Assembly (NCBI GenBank): GCA_040387855.1 | Contig: JAZKCY010000001.1 | Span: 632,793 to 696,792 of the forward strand | Origin: Patescibacteria group bacterium | GTDB taxonomy: Bacteria > Patescibacteriota > Minisyncoccia > Phycocordibacterales > JAKAEA01 | Length of the DNA stretch: 64,000 bases | Direction of reading: 5' to 3' | Shown: piece by piece, positions 1 through 9,567 of the stretch | Numbering within the stretch: position 1 is the stretch's first letter | How the letters are laid out: each line of letters starts with the position of its first letter | Position numbers and translations under genes: made by a program | Notes under the pieces: generated by a model | Databases searched by the model: none | Told to the model about the DNA's origin: nothing | What the model saw: only the letters and a program-made list of their open reading frames with translations

Positions 1-242
1 CGCGTGGATGGTTCTTCTACTTCCACCTGCATTGGTGCTCATACCCGTTTCTCGGACTATTGCTACTCACGACATTTGTGTTCCGGGGCGTGAGTACTAA
101 AGAGGACGAGGATACCGTTTCATGCATCTGGATTTGGTGGAGGAATATCCTTCACAAATTCAGTGCATACACGACGATCCTTTTCGGCCTCGCAAGCATG
201 GTCACCGGCATCGTTCTTCTTATTCAGCTCAAGCAACCCTAG
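1..242 (+). CDS. 3' end of a membrane-protein gene entering from the left window edge (partial)
   Basis: Frame +3 is open from position 3 to a TAG at 240-242 and ends in a hydrophobic segment (…ILFGLASMVTGIVLLIQLKQP). G+C is visibly higher than downstream. A weak hairpin plus T-run follows at ~225-255. Confidence 0.3.
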   Translation, partial: RGWFFYFHLHWCSYPFLGLLLLTTFVFRGVSTKEDEDTVSCIWIWWRNILHKFSAYTTILFGLASMVTGIVLLIQLKQP

Positions 243-274
243 CGGGTGCTTTTTTATTTATATATACTAGAGTC

Positions 275-598
275 ATGATTTTAATTACTCACATTATTGC
301 ATCTTTCATAGGAATTATTGGAGCATATCTTGAAGGTTATGCATTCTTCAAAAAGCTGCCTGGTGTTCAGGCTATTGCTACAAAAATAGCATGGATAGGC
401 CTTATCATTCTTTTTATCACAGGCATCTTTTTGTTTTTGGGTGATATTCCAAAATATACTCAGTCTGTTAAATTTATTTCAAACATGTCTGTATTGGCAA
501 TTCTTATAGTGAATGCACTACAAAGAAAAAGCACACGAACTGTGTGCATTTCTCTAATCTGTTGGACCTGGATTCTATTTATCGCTGTGTTCGTCTAA
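275..598 (+). CDS. small polytopic membrane protein (hypothetical)
   Basis: AT-rich part of track ORF 122-598. Uses the internal ATG at 275 and has 3-4 hydrophobic helices. No clear SD. Overlaps the convergent RR gene by 24 nt. Confidence 0.35.
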   Translation: MILITHIIASFIGIIGAYLEGYAFFKKLPGVQAIATKIAWIGLIILFITGIFLFLGDIPKYTQSVKFISNMSVLAILIVNALQRKSTRTVCISLICWTWILFIAVFV

Positions 599-973
599 TG
601 CTGTTTTAATATCCTCTATTATCTGATCGAGTCGATAATCTGCTTTTGTATAATAATTATTTACTCCTAATTTCAAGTATGAAGTTACTTTATCTTGGGT
701 TGCTGTATTTGAGACTACAAATATTGGTATATTTTTCCACGCATCATTATTCTTAAGTTTTGCAACTAGATCTAAACCATTTTCTTTACCGAGCAAATAG
801 TGATCAAGCCATATTACAGAAATATTTCCTACATCTGTGAGATACGCAATTGCTTGATCTACAGAACGTGCAGACAATACATCAAAACCTGTAATTTCAA
901 GTTTCTTTTTTATTGCTTCAAGAAGCGGACGCTCATCTTCTAGTACCAATACTGTTTTGCGTGATTCTGCCAT
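575..973 (-). CDS. single-domain response regulator (CheY-like receiver)
   Basis: Receiver hallmarks are VLVLEDE (acidic pair), IWLDHYL (phospho-Asp) and VVSN. No output domain. Confidence 0.85.
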   Translation of the reverse strand: MAESRKTVLVLEDERPLLEAIKKKLEITGFDVLSARSVDQAIAYLTDVGNISVIWLDHYLLGKENGLDLVAKLKNNDAWKNIPIFVVSNTATQDKVTSYLKLGVNNYYTKADYRLDQIIEDIKTALDEHSDK

Positions 974-988
974 AAAGATAATTATTAT

Positions 989-2842
989 TTATGATAATCC
1001 TTTGACTCCTTCTTTCTTTTTCATACCCTTAAGTGGTAATGTAACGGTAAATACTGTTCCTTTATTTTCTTCTGACTTAAAACTAATCTTACCACCTGAT
1101 TGTTCAATAATTGATTTTACTATATAAAGCCCAAGTCCGGTACCATCTGTTTCTTTTTCTCGAACATTATCTGCTCTAAATAGTTTGCTAAAAATCTTCG
1201 ATTGCTGCGCTTTTGGAATACCGTATCCTGTATCAGCTACTTTGATTTGCAAAGAAGATTTATTGTTTGAAATATCAATAGTTACATTACCTTTTGGTGG
1301 CGTATATTTGATTGCATTGGTAAGCAAATTTTGTAGCACAATGCGAATTAACTTTGGATCTAGACTTATCAACGGAATATTCTCTGCGTATTTTTTATCC
1401 ACCATTACTTCCCGTGTTTTTATCATCGGGATAAGCTCAGTAAGAAGACTTTCAGATATTTTTGTAATATCTGTTGGTTCTGGCTCGACAGCAAAAGTCC
1501 CCAAATCAATTCGAGAAACATTGAGTAATGCATTTACTAGTTCAACCATACGTTGGTTACCTGTATATATTTCTTGAATATATTGAGTTTGATCTGGAGT
1601 TAATTTTCCAGCATCTCCCGCAAGAAGCATTTCAGCATACCAATTAATAGTAGAAAGTGGAGTTCGTAATTGATGTGATGCAAGAGATACGAATTCTGTT
1701 TTTGCACGATCGATCTCTCTCTCTTTAGTAATATTCTGGGTAGTTCCTAAAAGCTTGATTGGATTATTATGTTCATCAACCACAACTTTACCCTGTGTTC
1801 GGAGCCAACGTATACTGCCATCTTTTAGATTGATTCGATACACATTGTCATAAGGAGCGTGAGTCTTAATAGCTCTTTCTACATTTTCTTGAGTAACCTT
1901 TCGATCATCTGGGTGAATAAGCTCTGTGAATGTCTCTGGTGTTAATTCTCCCCCCTCAGGTGTACGTTCATGAAGCTCAAACATCATATCCGACCAATCA
2001 AATTTATTTGTCTTAATATCCCATGCATAGTTTCCAATCTGACCAATCTTTTGAGCATCAATGAGTTCTGCATCTTTCACTTTGAGAGATTCATTTATTT
2101 TCTCAATATTAGACTTTGACTCTTCTAAATCCTCCAAAAGATTCATCATAGCTTTCTTAGTCTTCTGTAATGTTGTGTTTTGCTTTACTACCTGATCTTG
2201 ATTTGTTGAAGCTATTCGGGTCTCTTCCTGTAAATACGAATTTAATTCTTTCAGTTCTTTAGTTGTATTAATTATTTTTTTCTCAAAATTTTCCTGAATG
2301 CTTTGATAAAAATAGACAAGCAATGTCACTGCAATTAAACTTGCTACCATCTGTCGGATAACGACAAGTGGATATGCAAGTGTAATAATTTCACTTGCTT
2401 GAGCAAATGAAGCTACTATAGTAATACCTATCAACGCACCAACCCACATAATGCCGTCCTTTGTACCTCGTAGAAAAAATGCTAAAACTGGAAACGTGAA
2501 ATACCAATATATTCCAGTACCCTCAATACCTCCTGAATAAAGTAGTGATATCAAGACAAATATCATAATTCCAAGTGCACGATTTGCTGCTTGTCGAGGT
2601 TTTTTCTGGAAATGAAAAATAATTATATTAGATATTAGAAGCGCGGCAAATACTAACTCTAGTGTACCCATACTTTTTAGAGTATCTATGTGGCTTATAC
2701 CAAATATAGAAAGTGAAAGTATTCCTACAATAGAAAAAGCATTTACAAAGATAGTATGACGCTGTTCGGTGTCACTATATGTTTGTGGCAATCCATTGTG
2801 GATATATTTTTTCCACAAAGATATGAAATTGCTATATATCAT
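989..2842 (-). CDS. sensor histidine kinase (polytopic membrane anchor, coiled coil, PAS, HisKA, HATPase_c)
   Basis: N-terminal ~190 aa has 5-6 hydrophobic helices. H-box is SHQLRTPLSTI. N- and G-boxes are LLTNAIKYT and GTGLGL. Confidence 0.9.
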   Translation of the reverse strand: MIYSNFISLWKKYIHNGLPQTYSDTEQRHTIFVNAFSIVGILSLSIFGISHIDTLKSMGTLELVFAALLISNIIIFHFQKKPRQAANRALGIMIFVLISLLYSGGIEGTGIYWYFTFPVLAFFLRGTKDGIMWVGALIGITIVASFAQASEIITLAYPLVVIRQMVASLIAVTLLVYFYQSIQENFEKKIINTTKELKELNSYLQEETRIASTNQDQVVKQNTTLQKTKKAMMNLLEDLEESKSNIEKINESLKVKDAELIDAQKIGQIGNYAWDIKTNKFDWSDMMFELHERTPEGGELTPETFTELIHPDDRKVTQENVERAIKTHAPYDNVYRINLKDGSIRWLRTQGKVVVDEHNNPIKLLGTTQNITKEREIDRAKTEFVSLASHQLRTPLSTINWYAEMLLAGDAGKLTPDQTQYIQEIYTGNQRMVELVNALLNVSRIDLGTFAVEPEPTDITKISESLLTELIPMIKTREVMVDKKYAENIPLISLDPKLIRIVLQNLLTNAIKYTPPKGNVTIDISNNKSSLQIKVADTGYGIPKAQQSKIFSKLFRADNVREKETDGTGLGLYIVKSIIEQSGGKISFKSEENKGTVFTVTLPLKGMKKKEGVKGLS

Positions 2843-4131
2843 TGCTTTTTATATTTTGCTATTTCCTTCTTCAAATCAGACATTTTTAATTCACGATCGA
2901 GCATAACATTATTCAATAGCTCCAACTCGGCACTTCTATCACGCAACGAAACATTAATCTTTTCTATTTCTTCAGTTCGTTCCTTAACTTTCTTTTCTAG
3001 AGTGATATTTGCAGCATTAATCTTTTCAGACATACTATTAAACACAGCTGCTAACGTACCGATTTCATCATTACCACTAAACGGCACTTTTGCAGATGTA
3101 TCCCCAGCACCCATTTTTTCAAGAGTCTTAGTAACAATCTTTATTGGAATAAATACTTTTCGATCAATAATCCACCACAGAATGATTCCAAACACTCCTA
3201 CGATCATCGTAATATAGAATGTAAGTTGTCGTATAAGCGAATCAATATGAATAGCAGCCAAATCTTCTTTGATTGTTGCGATAGGTACAGATACAGAAAC
3301 ACGCCATTTTCTTTCAGGAGAGAGATTAACTGGCGCAGAGGCTCCCACTTTTTCTTGAGAATCAAAACCAAATCTTGTAACTTTTGATACCCCTGCTTTT
3401 ATATCGGCAATTGTTTTTTCAGGAGGTGTACCATTTGTAACCAAGCTTTGAAATTCTGGAGATGCAATATTTTTTCCAATCAGTTCTGTTTTATAGTTGT
3501 ATAAAATAGAACCATCATCATCATACAAGTTTATAAACCCATCTTTTGCAAATTGAACATTTGAAATATATTGCTGCTGAATGTCATTTAGATAAATAGC
3601 CCCTCCTAGAGTTCCTAGGAATTCTTTTTCGTCACCAAAAACAGGTACATGCACAGCAACGAGAAAGCTTGTTGCTCCAGCTGGTTTTATAGATCGGCTC
3701 ATAACAGGCTCATGAAGAGGATCTTCAAAAATTTTGGTTATGTATGGGCCCAATTTAGAAGCTTCTGTTCCAACAAGTGCTCTGTTTACTGAACACTTAA
3801 AAGTGCCGTCTGCATCCACTCGTCCCAAGTTTCCGAGTTTGGTCTTACCTCCTTCCTTAATTTGATCAAGTTTTGCATTACACTCATCGGTATCTCCATA
3901 TTTAATTTCAGGCAACTCAGAAATAAAATAAAGTTGTTTTTCAAGTGAAAGGATTTCAATTTCAATTGTTTGAGCAACCTGACTTGCAATTAGTTTTTCC
4001 TGTTCACCATAATCAGTAATGAGATTATCAGTAATCTTATTCTTTATATAATTTGATGAAATCATTCCACCAATAATAATAAGGACTATGACACTTACTG
4101 TTATTATAATAAAGAGCGTACGTTTGTTCAT
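2839..4131 (-). CDS. membrane sensor module (TM, periplasmic Cache-like domain, TM, HAMP-like linker, coiled coil) without output domain
   Basis: Hydrophobic helix at the N-terminus and again at ~aa 300 (ITMIVGVFGIILWWII). The ~270-aa extracytoplasmic segment between them is Cache-like. C-terminal is a coiled coil. Its start overlaps the downstream HK gene by 4 nt (ATGA). Confidence 0.7.
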   Translation of the reverse strand: MNKRTLFIIITVSVIVLIIIGGMISSNYIKNKITDNLITDYGEQEKLIASQVAQTIEIEILSLEKQLYFISELPEIKYGDTDECNAKLDQIKEGGKTKLGNLGRVDADGTFKCSVNRALVGTEASKLGPYITKIFEDPLHEPVMSRSIKPAGATSFLVAVHVPVFGDEKEFLGTLGGAIYLNDIQQQYISNVQFAKDGFINLYDDDGSILYNYKTELIGKNIASPEFQSLVTNGTPPEKTIADIKAGVSKVTRFGFDSQEKVGASAPVNLSPERKWRVSVSVPIATIKEDLAAIHIDSLIRQLTFYITMIVGVFGIILWWIIDRKVFIPIKIVTKTLEKMGAGDTSAKVPFSGNDEIGTLAAVFNSMSEKINAANITLEKKVKERTEEIEKINVSLRDRSAELELLNNVMLDRELKMSDLKKEIAKYKKQ

Positions 4132-4133
4132 GA

Positions 4134-5798
4134 TTACAATTCTTGGTTATAAATATTCTCTTTTGCTGGTGCAACTACGCGTAATAGTTCTTCTAAAGTA
4201 GTAATTCCATTTTTAACCTTAATCAATCCGTCATCAAACATTGAATGAGCTCCTTGTGACTTAGCCATTTTCCAGACTTCTTGAGTAGATGGACTCTTTA
4301 AAATAAGACTCTGCAATTCTGGTGTTGTATATACTATTTCAAATACAGCTATTCTTCCCTTAAAGCCTGTTGAATTACACAGTGCACATCCCTTCCCTCT
4401 ATAAAGTGTTACTGATTCATTTGAGAAATATCTTTCTGGATTATCAATAATTTTAGTAAGCTCTTGATGAGTACTTACATAGCTATATCTACATGCATCA
4501 CAAATTTTCCGAACTAATCTTTGTCCAATTACAATTTCAAGTGTTGAAGAAAGTAAGAATGGCTCTATACCCATATCTAAAAGGCGTGGAAAGGCCGTAG
4601 CAGCATCATTTGCATGAAAGGATGACAATACTAAGTGACCAGTAAGTGCTGCGTTTGCAGCTATTTCTGCTGTTTCTTTATCTCTAATTTCTCCCACCAA
4701 AATAATGTTTGGATCTTGTCGAACAATTGATCGCAACCCCTGAGCAAATGTTAGGTGACTATTCTCATTTACCTGAATATGATTTACACCTGGGATTTTA
4801 TATTCAACAGGATCTTCGATAGTTGTAACGTTTACATCAGGTCTATTGAGCATTTTTAAAATACTATAGAGCGTTGTCGTTTTTCCAGATCCAGTGGGAC
4901 CAACTGTCAAAATAAGTCCGAACGGATTTTTTGCAATCTTCATGATGAGCGCCTGATCCTCAGACGAAAGACCCAGTTCTGTAGTTGAAAGATTCTTTAC
5001 ATATTCAGACAACAAACGAATAACTATCTTTTCTCCATCAATAGTTGGCACAATAGAAATACGTAGGTCTACATTCCGATCATTATGCTTTAATCGAATA
5101 GCCCCATCTTGTGATGCAGTATGTTCATCTGTCGATAGATTTGCTCGAAGTTTTACAACACGAAGTACATTTGCATATGCGTCCTTAGGGATCTCAGCTA
5201 CTTGTTCAAGCATTCCATCTATACGGAATCGCACTCGTACAATAGTTTCTCCAGGTTCAAAGTGAATATCTGATACCTGAAATGACATAGCATCGGCTAA
5301 AATTTCTTCTATGATACTTGGAGCAACCGTCTTTTGCTTAAGAATCTCTGCAAATCGTACTTCAAGCTTTTTCTGAGATTTTAAAATAATATTCTCTATG
5401 TTTTCACTAAAAGTGTATGCATATTTTATTTTTGCTCCGGGAAAAATACGGCTAACAACCATAGGATCTAGATCCTTTGGATTATCTGTAGCAATAGTAA
5501 TCTGATTATCCTCTTTTGCGATTACTACAATATGTGAATGTCGAGCAATAGGTTCCGGTATAAGATTTATATACTCTTTAGGAACATTCTGAGGAGTTAT
5601 AGCAACAAATTCAATACCATATGATTCTGCAATGGCTTGTCCGAGCAAATCTCTTGAAAGATATTGTTCACGGATAAGGTAATCTATGAAGGAAATATTT
5701 TCTTTTTTTGCATTTAATTCAGCTTTAGTAGCATCATCAACTGAGATATAGTTTTGCTTTAAAAGAATATACTTTACATTTGCCTCATCTAATCTCAT
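4134..5798 (-). CDS. pilB: type IV pilus assembly / type II secretion ATPase (PilB/GspE family)
   Basis: Walker A is GPTGSGKTTT, with Asp and His boxes. A C-terminal tetracysteine motif (CDAC…CALC) and an N-terminal GSPII_E_N-like domain are present. Confidence 0.9.
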   Translation of the reverse strand: MRLDEANVKYILLKQNYISVDDATKAELNAKKENISFIDYLIREQYLSRDLLGQAIAESYGIEFVAITPQNVPKEYINLIPEPIARHSHIVVIAKEDNQITIATDNPKDLDPMVVSRIFPGAKIKYAYTFSENIENIILKSQKKLEVRFAEILKQKTVAPSIIEEILADAMSFQVSDIHFEPGETIVRVRFRIDGMLEQVAEIPKDAYANVLRVVKLRANLSTDEHTASQDGAIRLKHNDRNVDLRISIVPTIDGEKIVIRLLSEYVKNLSTTELGLSSEDQALIMKIAKNPFGLILTVGPTGSGKTTTLYSILKMLNRPDVNVTTIEDPVEYKIPGVNHIQVNENSHLTFAQGLRSIVRQDPNIILVGEIRDKETAEIAANAALTGHLVLSSFHANDAATAFPRLLDMGIEPFLLSSTLEIVIGQRLVRKICDACRYSYVSTHQELTKIIDNPERYFSNESVTLYRGKGCALCNSTGFKGRIAVFEIVYTTPELQSLILKSPSTQEVWKMAKSQGAHSMFDDGLIKVKNGITTLEELLRVVAPAKENIYNQEL

Positions 5799-5808
5799 GG
5801 TAAATAAA

Positions 5809-6186
5809 TTACACTACATGAAGAAACTCTTTGATTGTTTCTATTATTTTTAATAATGGCGTGTTTGATTTGATAAGATACCCCTGCGCTCCCAATTCTC
5901 TGGCTTTTTTCTCATCTTCCTGCTGACTTAAATTTGAAGTTACAAAAATAGGAGTAGTGTTACCCTTTTCCTTAAGTTCAGCAAGTACTCCAAATCCATC
6001 TTTTTTTGGAATAACAAGATCGAGCAATACAAGATCATATGAATTTGTAAGAATATGCTCTAACGCGGCTTCTCCATCATGGGCAACATCGGCATCAAAT
6101 CCAGAGCTTTTTAATTTTAATTCAAGAGCATGAGCCATTGGCTTCTCATCTTCCACAACAAGTATTTTTTTCTTTAGTTCTGACAT
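5809..6186 (-). CDS. single-domain response regulator (receiver)
   Basis: Begins MSELKKKILVVEDEKP; LVLLDL carries the phospho-Asp. The track ORF extends to 6300, but that extension overlaps a separate zinc-ribbon ORF in another frame, so I use the internal ATG at 6186. Confidence 0.8.
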   Translation of the reverse strand: MSELKKKILVVEDEKPMAHALELKLKSSGFDADVAHDGEAALEHILTNSYDLVLLDLVIPKKDGFGVLAELKEKGNTTPIFVTSNLSQQEDEKKARELGAQGYLIKSNTPLLKIIETIKEFLHVV

Positions 6187-6263
6187 GTATCGAAGTATAC
6201 CATGACGAAAACACAGTCTCGTATGAGACTGTGTATATCGTTGACTTTGATTAAAGAAATATG

Positions 6264-6431
6264 TTACGCGTGAGCTTCTTTGGCCATGCACTTCACACAA
6301 ATCTTTTGTTCAGGTCGTGTCTTAATATATTTGTTTGCACAAGCAGAGCAAACCAAAATTTCAGAACGCGTAGGCTTGTGTACCCACTTTCCATCTCGCT
6401 GAAATGTTTTTGTTGGTTGTAGTTTAAGCAT
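6264..6431 (-). CDS. 55-aa zinc-ribbon protein (CxxC-x14-CxxC)
   Basis: Hand translation gives MLKLQPTKTFQRDGKWVHKPTRSEILVCSACANKYIKTRPEQKICVKCMAKEAHA. It is absent from the ORF track (too short) and sits between the helicase and the RR on the same strand. Confidence 0.5.
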   Translation of the reverse strand: MLKLQPTKTFQRDGKWVHKPTRSEILVCSACANKYIKTRPEQKICVKCMAKEAHA

Positions 6432-6453
6432 AAACGTTATTGTTAATTAATTA

Positions 6454-7824
6454 CTAGTTATCTAAGAATGTAAGTGCAATTCCCTTCTTTCCTCCTCGTC
6501 CTGTTCGTCCAATTCGGTGAACATAATCTTCATAGGTTGCAGGAATATCGAAGTTGATCACATGTGATACACCGTTGATATCAAGACCTCGAGCAGCAAC
6601 ATCAGTTGCAACAAGAGCCTGAACTTTATTTTCTTTAAAGAGAGCAAGGGCTTTCTGTCGTCGAGACTGATTTTTATCTCCGTGAATTGATTCTGCACGA
6701 ATACCTCGTTCTTCAAGTACCTTTGAGAGCTTTTCTACTCCGTGTTTTGTACGGCCGAAAATAAGAACTTTGTTAAATTCTGGTAACTTTAAGAGTGACT
6801 GGAGTACATCGATCTTCATTTCTCCTGGTTTCAATCGAATAACGTCTTGATCAACGTTCTTTGATGTATCCTGAGTTTTAACTGAAATCTTAACAGGCTC
6901 TTTTAAGAAATCCTGGATAAGCTTTTCAATATCAGGTGAAAGTGTAGCTGAGAAGAAGAGTGTATGTCGCTGTTTTGGCATTCCGGCCATGATAAATTTC
7001 ATGTCGTTGATGAATCCCATGTCCAACATTCGATCAGCTTCATCAAGCACAATAGTCTGAAACTTAGATAGATCGATGAATTTTCTTTGGATCAAATCTT
7101 TAAGTCGTCCTGGTGTACCAATAAGGAAGTTGTGACTTCGGCGAAGATCATTGATCTGTCGGCCAATGTGAGCACCTCCCACTGCACATACTGAAAACAT
7201 TTTGAGTCCAAATGAGAACCCTCGAAATTCTTGATCAATTTGCTGAGCAAGCTCTCGTGTGGGAGCAATAATAATTACTTTCTCGTTAGGATTTAAAAGT
7301 ACTTTGTGAATAAGTGGAATAAGAAACGCTGCTGTTTTACCAGTACCAGTGTTTGCAATACCTACGATATCAGCACCTCGAAGAATATGTGGGATTGATC
7401 GGTCCTGAATAGGTGTTGGCTGTACATACCCCTTCTTTGTAATAGAAGTTTTAAGTACATCGTGGATTTTAAAATCCTGGAATGTGTGTTCAGGGACAAA
7501 GTGTTCTACCTGTTCGGTAATTACTGCTTTGTTGATAAATTTATTAGGATCAATATATTGACCCATATTTGGACGGCCACGTCGTTGACCTCCTCCATTA
7601 CCAAATCGCTGTGGGGGTCGAGAAAATCGAGATCCACTTTGTGGTCGTGATGAATAGCCTCCAGTTCGTGGAGCTGATGAATATCCAGAACTTCGCTGTG
7701 AAGATCCAGAATAACCTGGTTTTGAAAAACCTGGCTTTTGGTAACCGCCAATTCGACGGTCACTATAATTTCCTCCTCCTACACTTTTTCGTGGAGAAGA
7801 ACTTTGTGAATTTTTTTGATACAT
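6454..7824 (-). CDS. DEAD-box RNA helicase with ~90-aa N-terminal RGG/SG-rich low-complexity region
   Basis: Q-motif is FQDF…PTPIQ. Motif I is ANTGTGKT, motif II VLDEAD, motif III SAT, motif VI HRIGRTGR. The N-terminus is G/S/R/Y-rich and open in frame for 86 codons. Confidence 0.9.
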   Translation of the reverse strand: MYQKNSQSSSPRKSVGGGNYSDRRIGGYQKPGFSKPGYSGSSQRSSGYSSAPRTGGYSSRPQSGSRFSRPPQRFGNGGGQRRGRPNMGQYIDPNKFINKAVITEQVEHFVPEHTFQDFKIHDVLKTSITKKGYVQPTPIQDRSIPHILRGADIVGIANTGTGKTAAFLIPLIHKVLLNPNEKVIIIAPTRELAQQIDQEFRGFSFGLKMFSVCAVGGAHIGRQINDLRRSHNFLIGTPGRLKDLIQRKFIDLSKFQTIVLDEADRMLDMGFINDMKFIMAGMPKQRHTLFFSATLSPDIEKLIQDFLKEPVKISVKTQDTSKNVDQDVIRLKPGEMKIDVLQSLLKLPEFNKVLIFGRTKHGVEKLSKVLEERGIRAESIHGDKNQSRRQKALALFKENKVQALVATDVAARGLDINGVSHVINFDIPATYEDYVHRIGRTGRGGKKGIALTFLDN

Positions 7825-7917
7825 ATAATTAAATACAAATAGTTACTTACTAATTAAGCATGTGACACCGTAAACTACGGCCATAGTTATGAGAAGTTCG
7901 AGTTTGGCCACAAATCT

Positions 7918-7951
7918 ATAAGATAGAATGGCGAACCCGAGAGGGTTCGCC
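7918..7951 (-). terminator. intrinsic terminator downstream of the RRM gene
   Basis: Perfect 9-bp stem GGCGAACCC/GGGTTCGCC with a 4-nt loop at 7930-7951. A U-rich tract follows on the minus strand. Confidence 0.55.
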
Positions 7952-7981
7952 ACTCCTTCTCATCAACTTATGATGTGCGAT

Positions 7982-8275
7982 TTAGTTTCTCCAACCGCCG
8001 TTTCCACCTCCTCCACCTGTTCGTGGTTCTTGTGGTCGAGCTTCGTTAACAGTAAGAGTTCGTCCTTCGAATTCCTGACCGTTAAACATGTTGATAGCAG
8101 CCTGAGCTTCTTCATCTGTTGAATATTCAACGAATCCGAATCCCTTTGATTTTCCTGACATTTTGTCAATGATAATCTTAGCTGATTTTACTGATCCTGC
8201 CTTTGAAAATTCTTGTTCAAATGCAGCTTCTGTTGTGCCGTATGAAAGGCCTCCAACGTAGAGTCTTGATGCCAT
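7982..8275 (-). CDS. RRM-type RNA-binding protein with glycine-rich C-terminus
   Basis: RNP2 is LYVGGL and RNP1 is KGFGFVEY. The tail is RTGGGGGNGGWRN. Confidence 0.85.
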   Translation of the reverse strand: MASRLYVGGLSYGTTEAAFEQEFSKAGSVKSAKIIIDKMSGKSKGFGFVEYSTDEEAQAAINMFNGQEFEGRTLTVNEARPQEPRTGGGGGNGGWRN

Positions 8276-8412
8276 GTGCTTACAAATCTAGTCTTTATAA
8301 TTAAACGTAAGGTGACTAGCTTCCCTTTAGTTTCCTTTATAGAGACACTAAGAGAGATATACTTACAAAGCCATACTATACCAGAATAGCCTTTTTGTCA
8401 AGGTAAAAAGCC

Positions 8413-9522
8413 TTATTTAAAGGTTATTACTACTATCTCACTCTTTGTGCCCACACGTAATGGTGGTCCCCATGTACCAGCTCCTGAGGTTACGAGCACC
8501 TGAAGGGCTCCTAGAGGCTTAAGACCATAGTCATAGCCCTTATATACGGCTTTTGTAATAAGACTAAGTGGAAAAACCTGTGCTCTATGAGTATGTCCAG
8601 AAACCTGGAGATCTACTCCTGCTTCTTCTGCAGTCTCAAGGTTTAGAGGTACATGTTTAATAAGTAAGCTTGGTTTATCTTCTTCAAGCTTAATATCTTT
8701 AAGTATTCTCTCGAACTCAGCCTGTTTAGTAGTAGTTACATAATCAACTCCTGCAATTTGTAAGCCATCAACTTCTACTTTTTCATTATTAAGCACAGTG
8801 AAGCCAAAGCTTTTTACTGCTGCCATAAATCCTGGAGTGTCACCATATTCTTCATGATTTCCTGCTACATAAAAATGACCAAGAGGTGGCCTTAGTTCTG
8901 AAAAAGGTTTAGCAACAGAAACTGGGTCAACTTTGGGTCCATCATAAAAGTCGCCTGCATTTAAGATCAAATCTGGATTAATTTCCTGAATTTTATTTAC
9001 TACTTTTCGAGAAAATTTTACTCCGTTTACTTGACCCAAGTGCACATCAGAGATAAAGACAGCTTTTCTTCCCTTCCATGAATCTGGAAGATTAGGCAAC
9101 CACATAGTAACTTCAGTAGTTTTGATGTCTCTTGCATTAAGTAGGCCGTAAACGCCTACGAGCACGGCAATCACAATTAATACTCTACCAATGAGCAACG
9201 CTGGGATAGATGGGATTAAATAAAGAGAAACATACACAATAAGTCCATAGATAACTCCCGCTAAAAATAGATACAATAAAAAGCCCAACCACACTACAGA
9301 CATTGTATAAAACAATCGAGTCAAAAATGTATCATAATTTCTAGTGAGAATAGAAGAAACTATAAAACTAAGTGTGAGGAGAATAAATATTACTTTAAGC
9401 CACAATACTAGCTGAACATTTGTGAGCACAAAAATAGAAACGAGCGTTTTGTATGCTACGTAGTGAACCGCAAAGAGTAGTGATAGCAGTGTCGCAAAAA
9501 ACAATATAAATGACGGAATCAT
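8413..9522 (-). CDS. membrane-anchored calcineurin-like metallophosphoesterase
   Basis: N-terminal half is multi-TM. The C-terminal half carries the DVHLG, GDFYD, GNHE and GHTH motifs. Confidence 0.85.
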   Translation of the reverse strand: MIPSFILFFATLLSLLFAVHYVAYKTLVSIFVLTNVQLVLWLKVIFILLTLSFIVSSILTRNYDTFLTRLFYTMSVVWLGFLLYLFLAGVIYGLIVYVSLYLIPSIPALLIGRVLIVIAVLVGVYGLLNARDIKTTEVTMWLPNLPDSWKGRKAVFISDVHLGQVNGVKFSRKVVNKIQEINPDLILNAGDFYDGPKVDPVSVAKPFSELRPPLGHFYVAGNHEEYGDTPGFMAAVKSFGFTVLNNEKVEVDGLQIAGVDYVTTTKQAEFERILKDIKLEEDKPSLLIKHVPLNLETAEEAGVDLQVSGHTHRAQVFPLSLITKAVYKGYDYGLKPLGALQVLVTSGAGTWGPPLRVGTKSEIVVITFK

Positions 9523-9567
9523 TGGAATAGTATACGTAAAAACACATCTTTATGCTAGGATGGCCCC

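Noticed and set aside
1185-3217. Plus-strand ORFs 1185-1577 and 2756-3217, and similar ORFs inside other kinase genes (16428-16637, 26816-27301, 22173-22712)
   Set aside because: They are antisense to well-supported HK or SPFH genes and have low-complexity Ser/Phe/Ile-rich translations.
5809-6300. Track ORF extends the response regulator 38 codons upstream (MCEVHGQRSS…)
   Set aside because: The extension overlaps, in another frame, a coherent 55-aa CxxC…CxxC ORF. The receiver domain begins at the internal MSELKKK.
7462-7832. Overlapping ORFs 7462-7650 (+), 7521-7763 (-) and 7569-7832 (+) within the helicase N-terminal region
   Set aside because: The RGG-coding segment is repetitive and open in several frames. 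Only the frame continuous with the Q-motif and DEAD core is meaningful.
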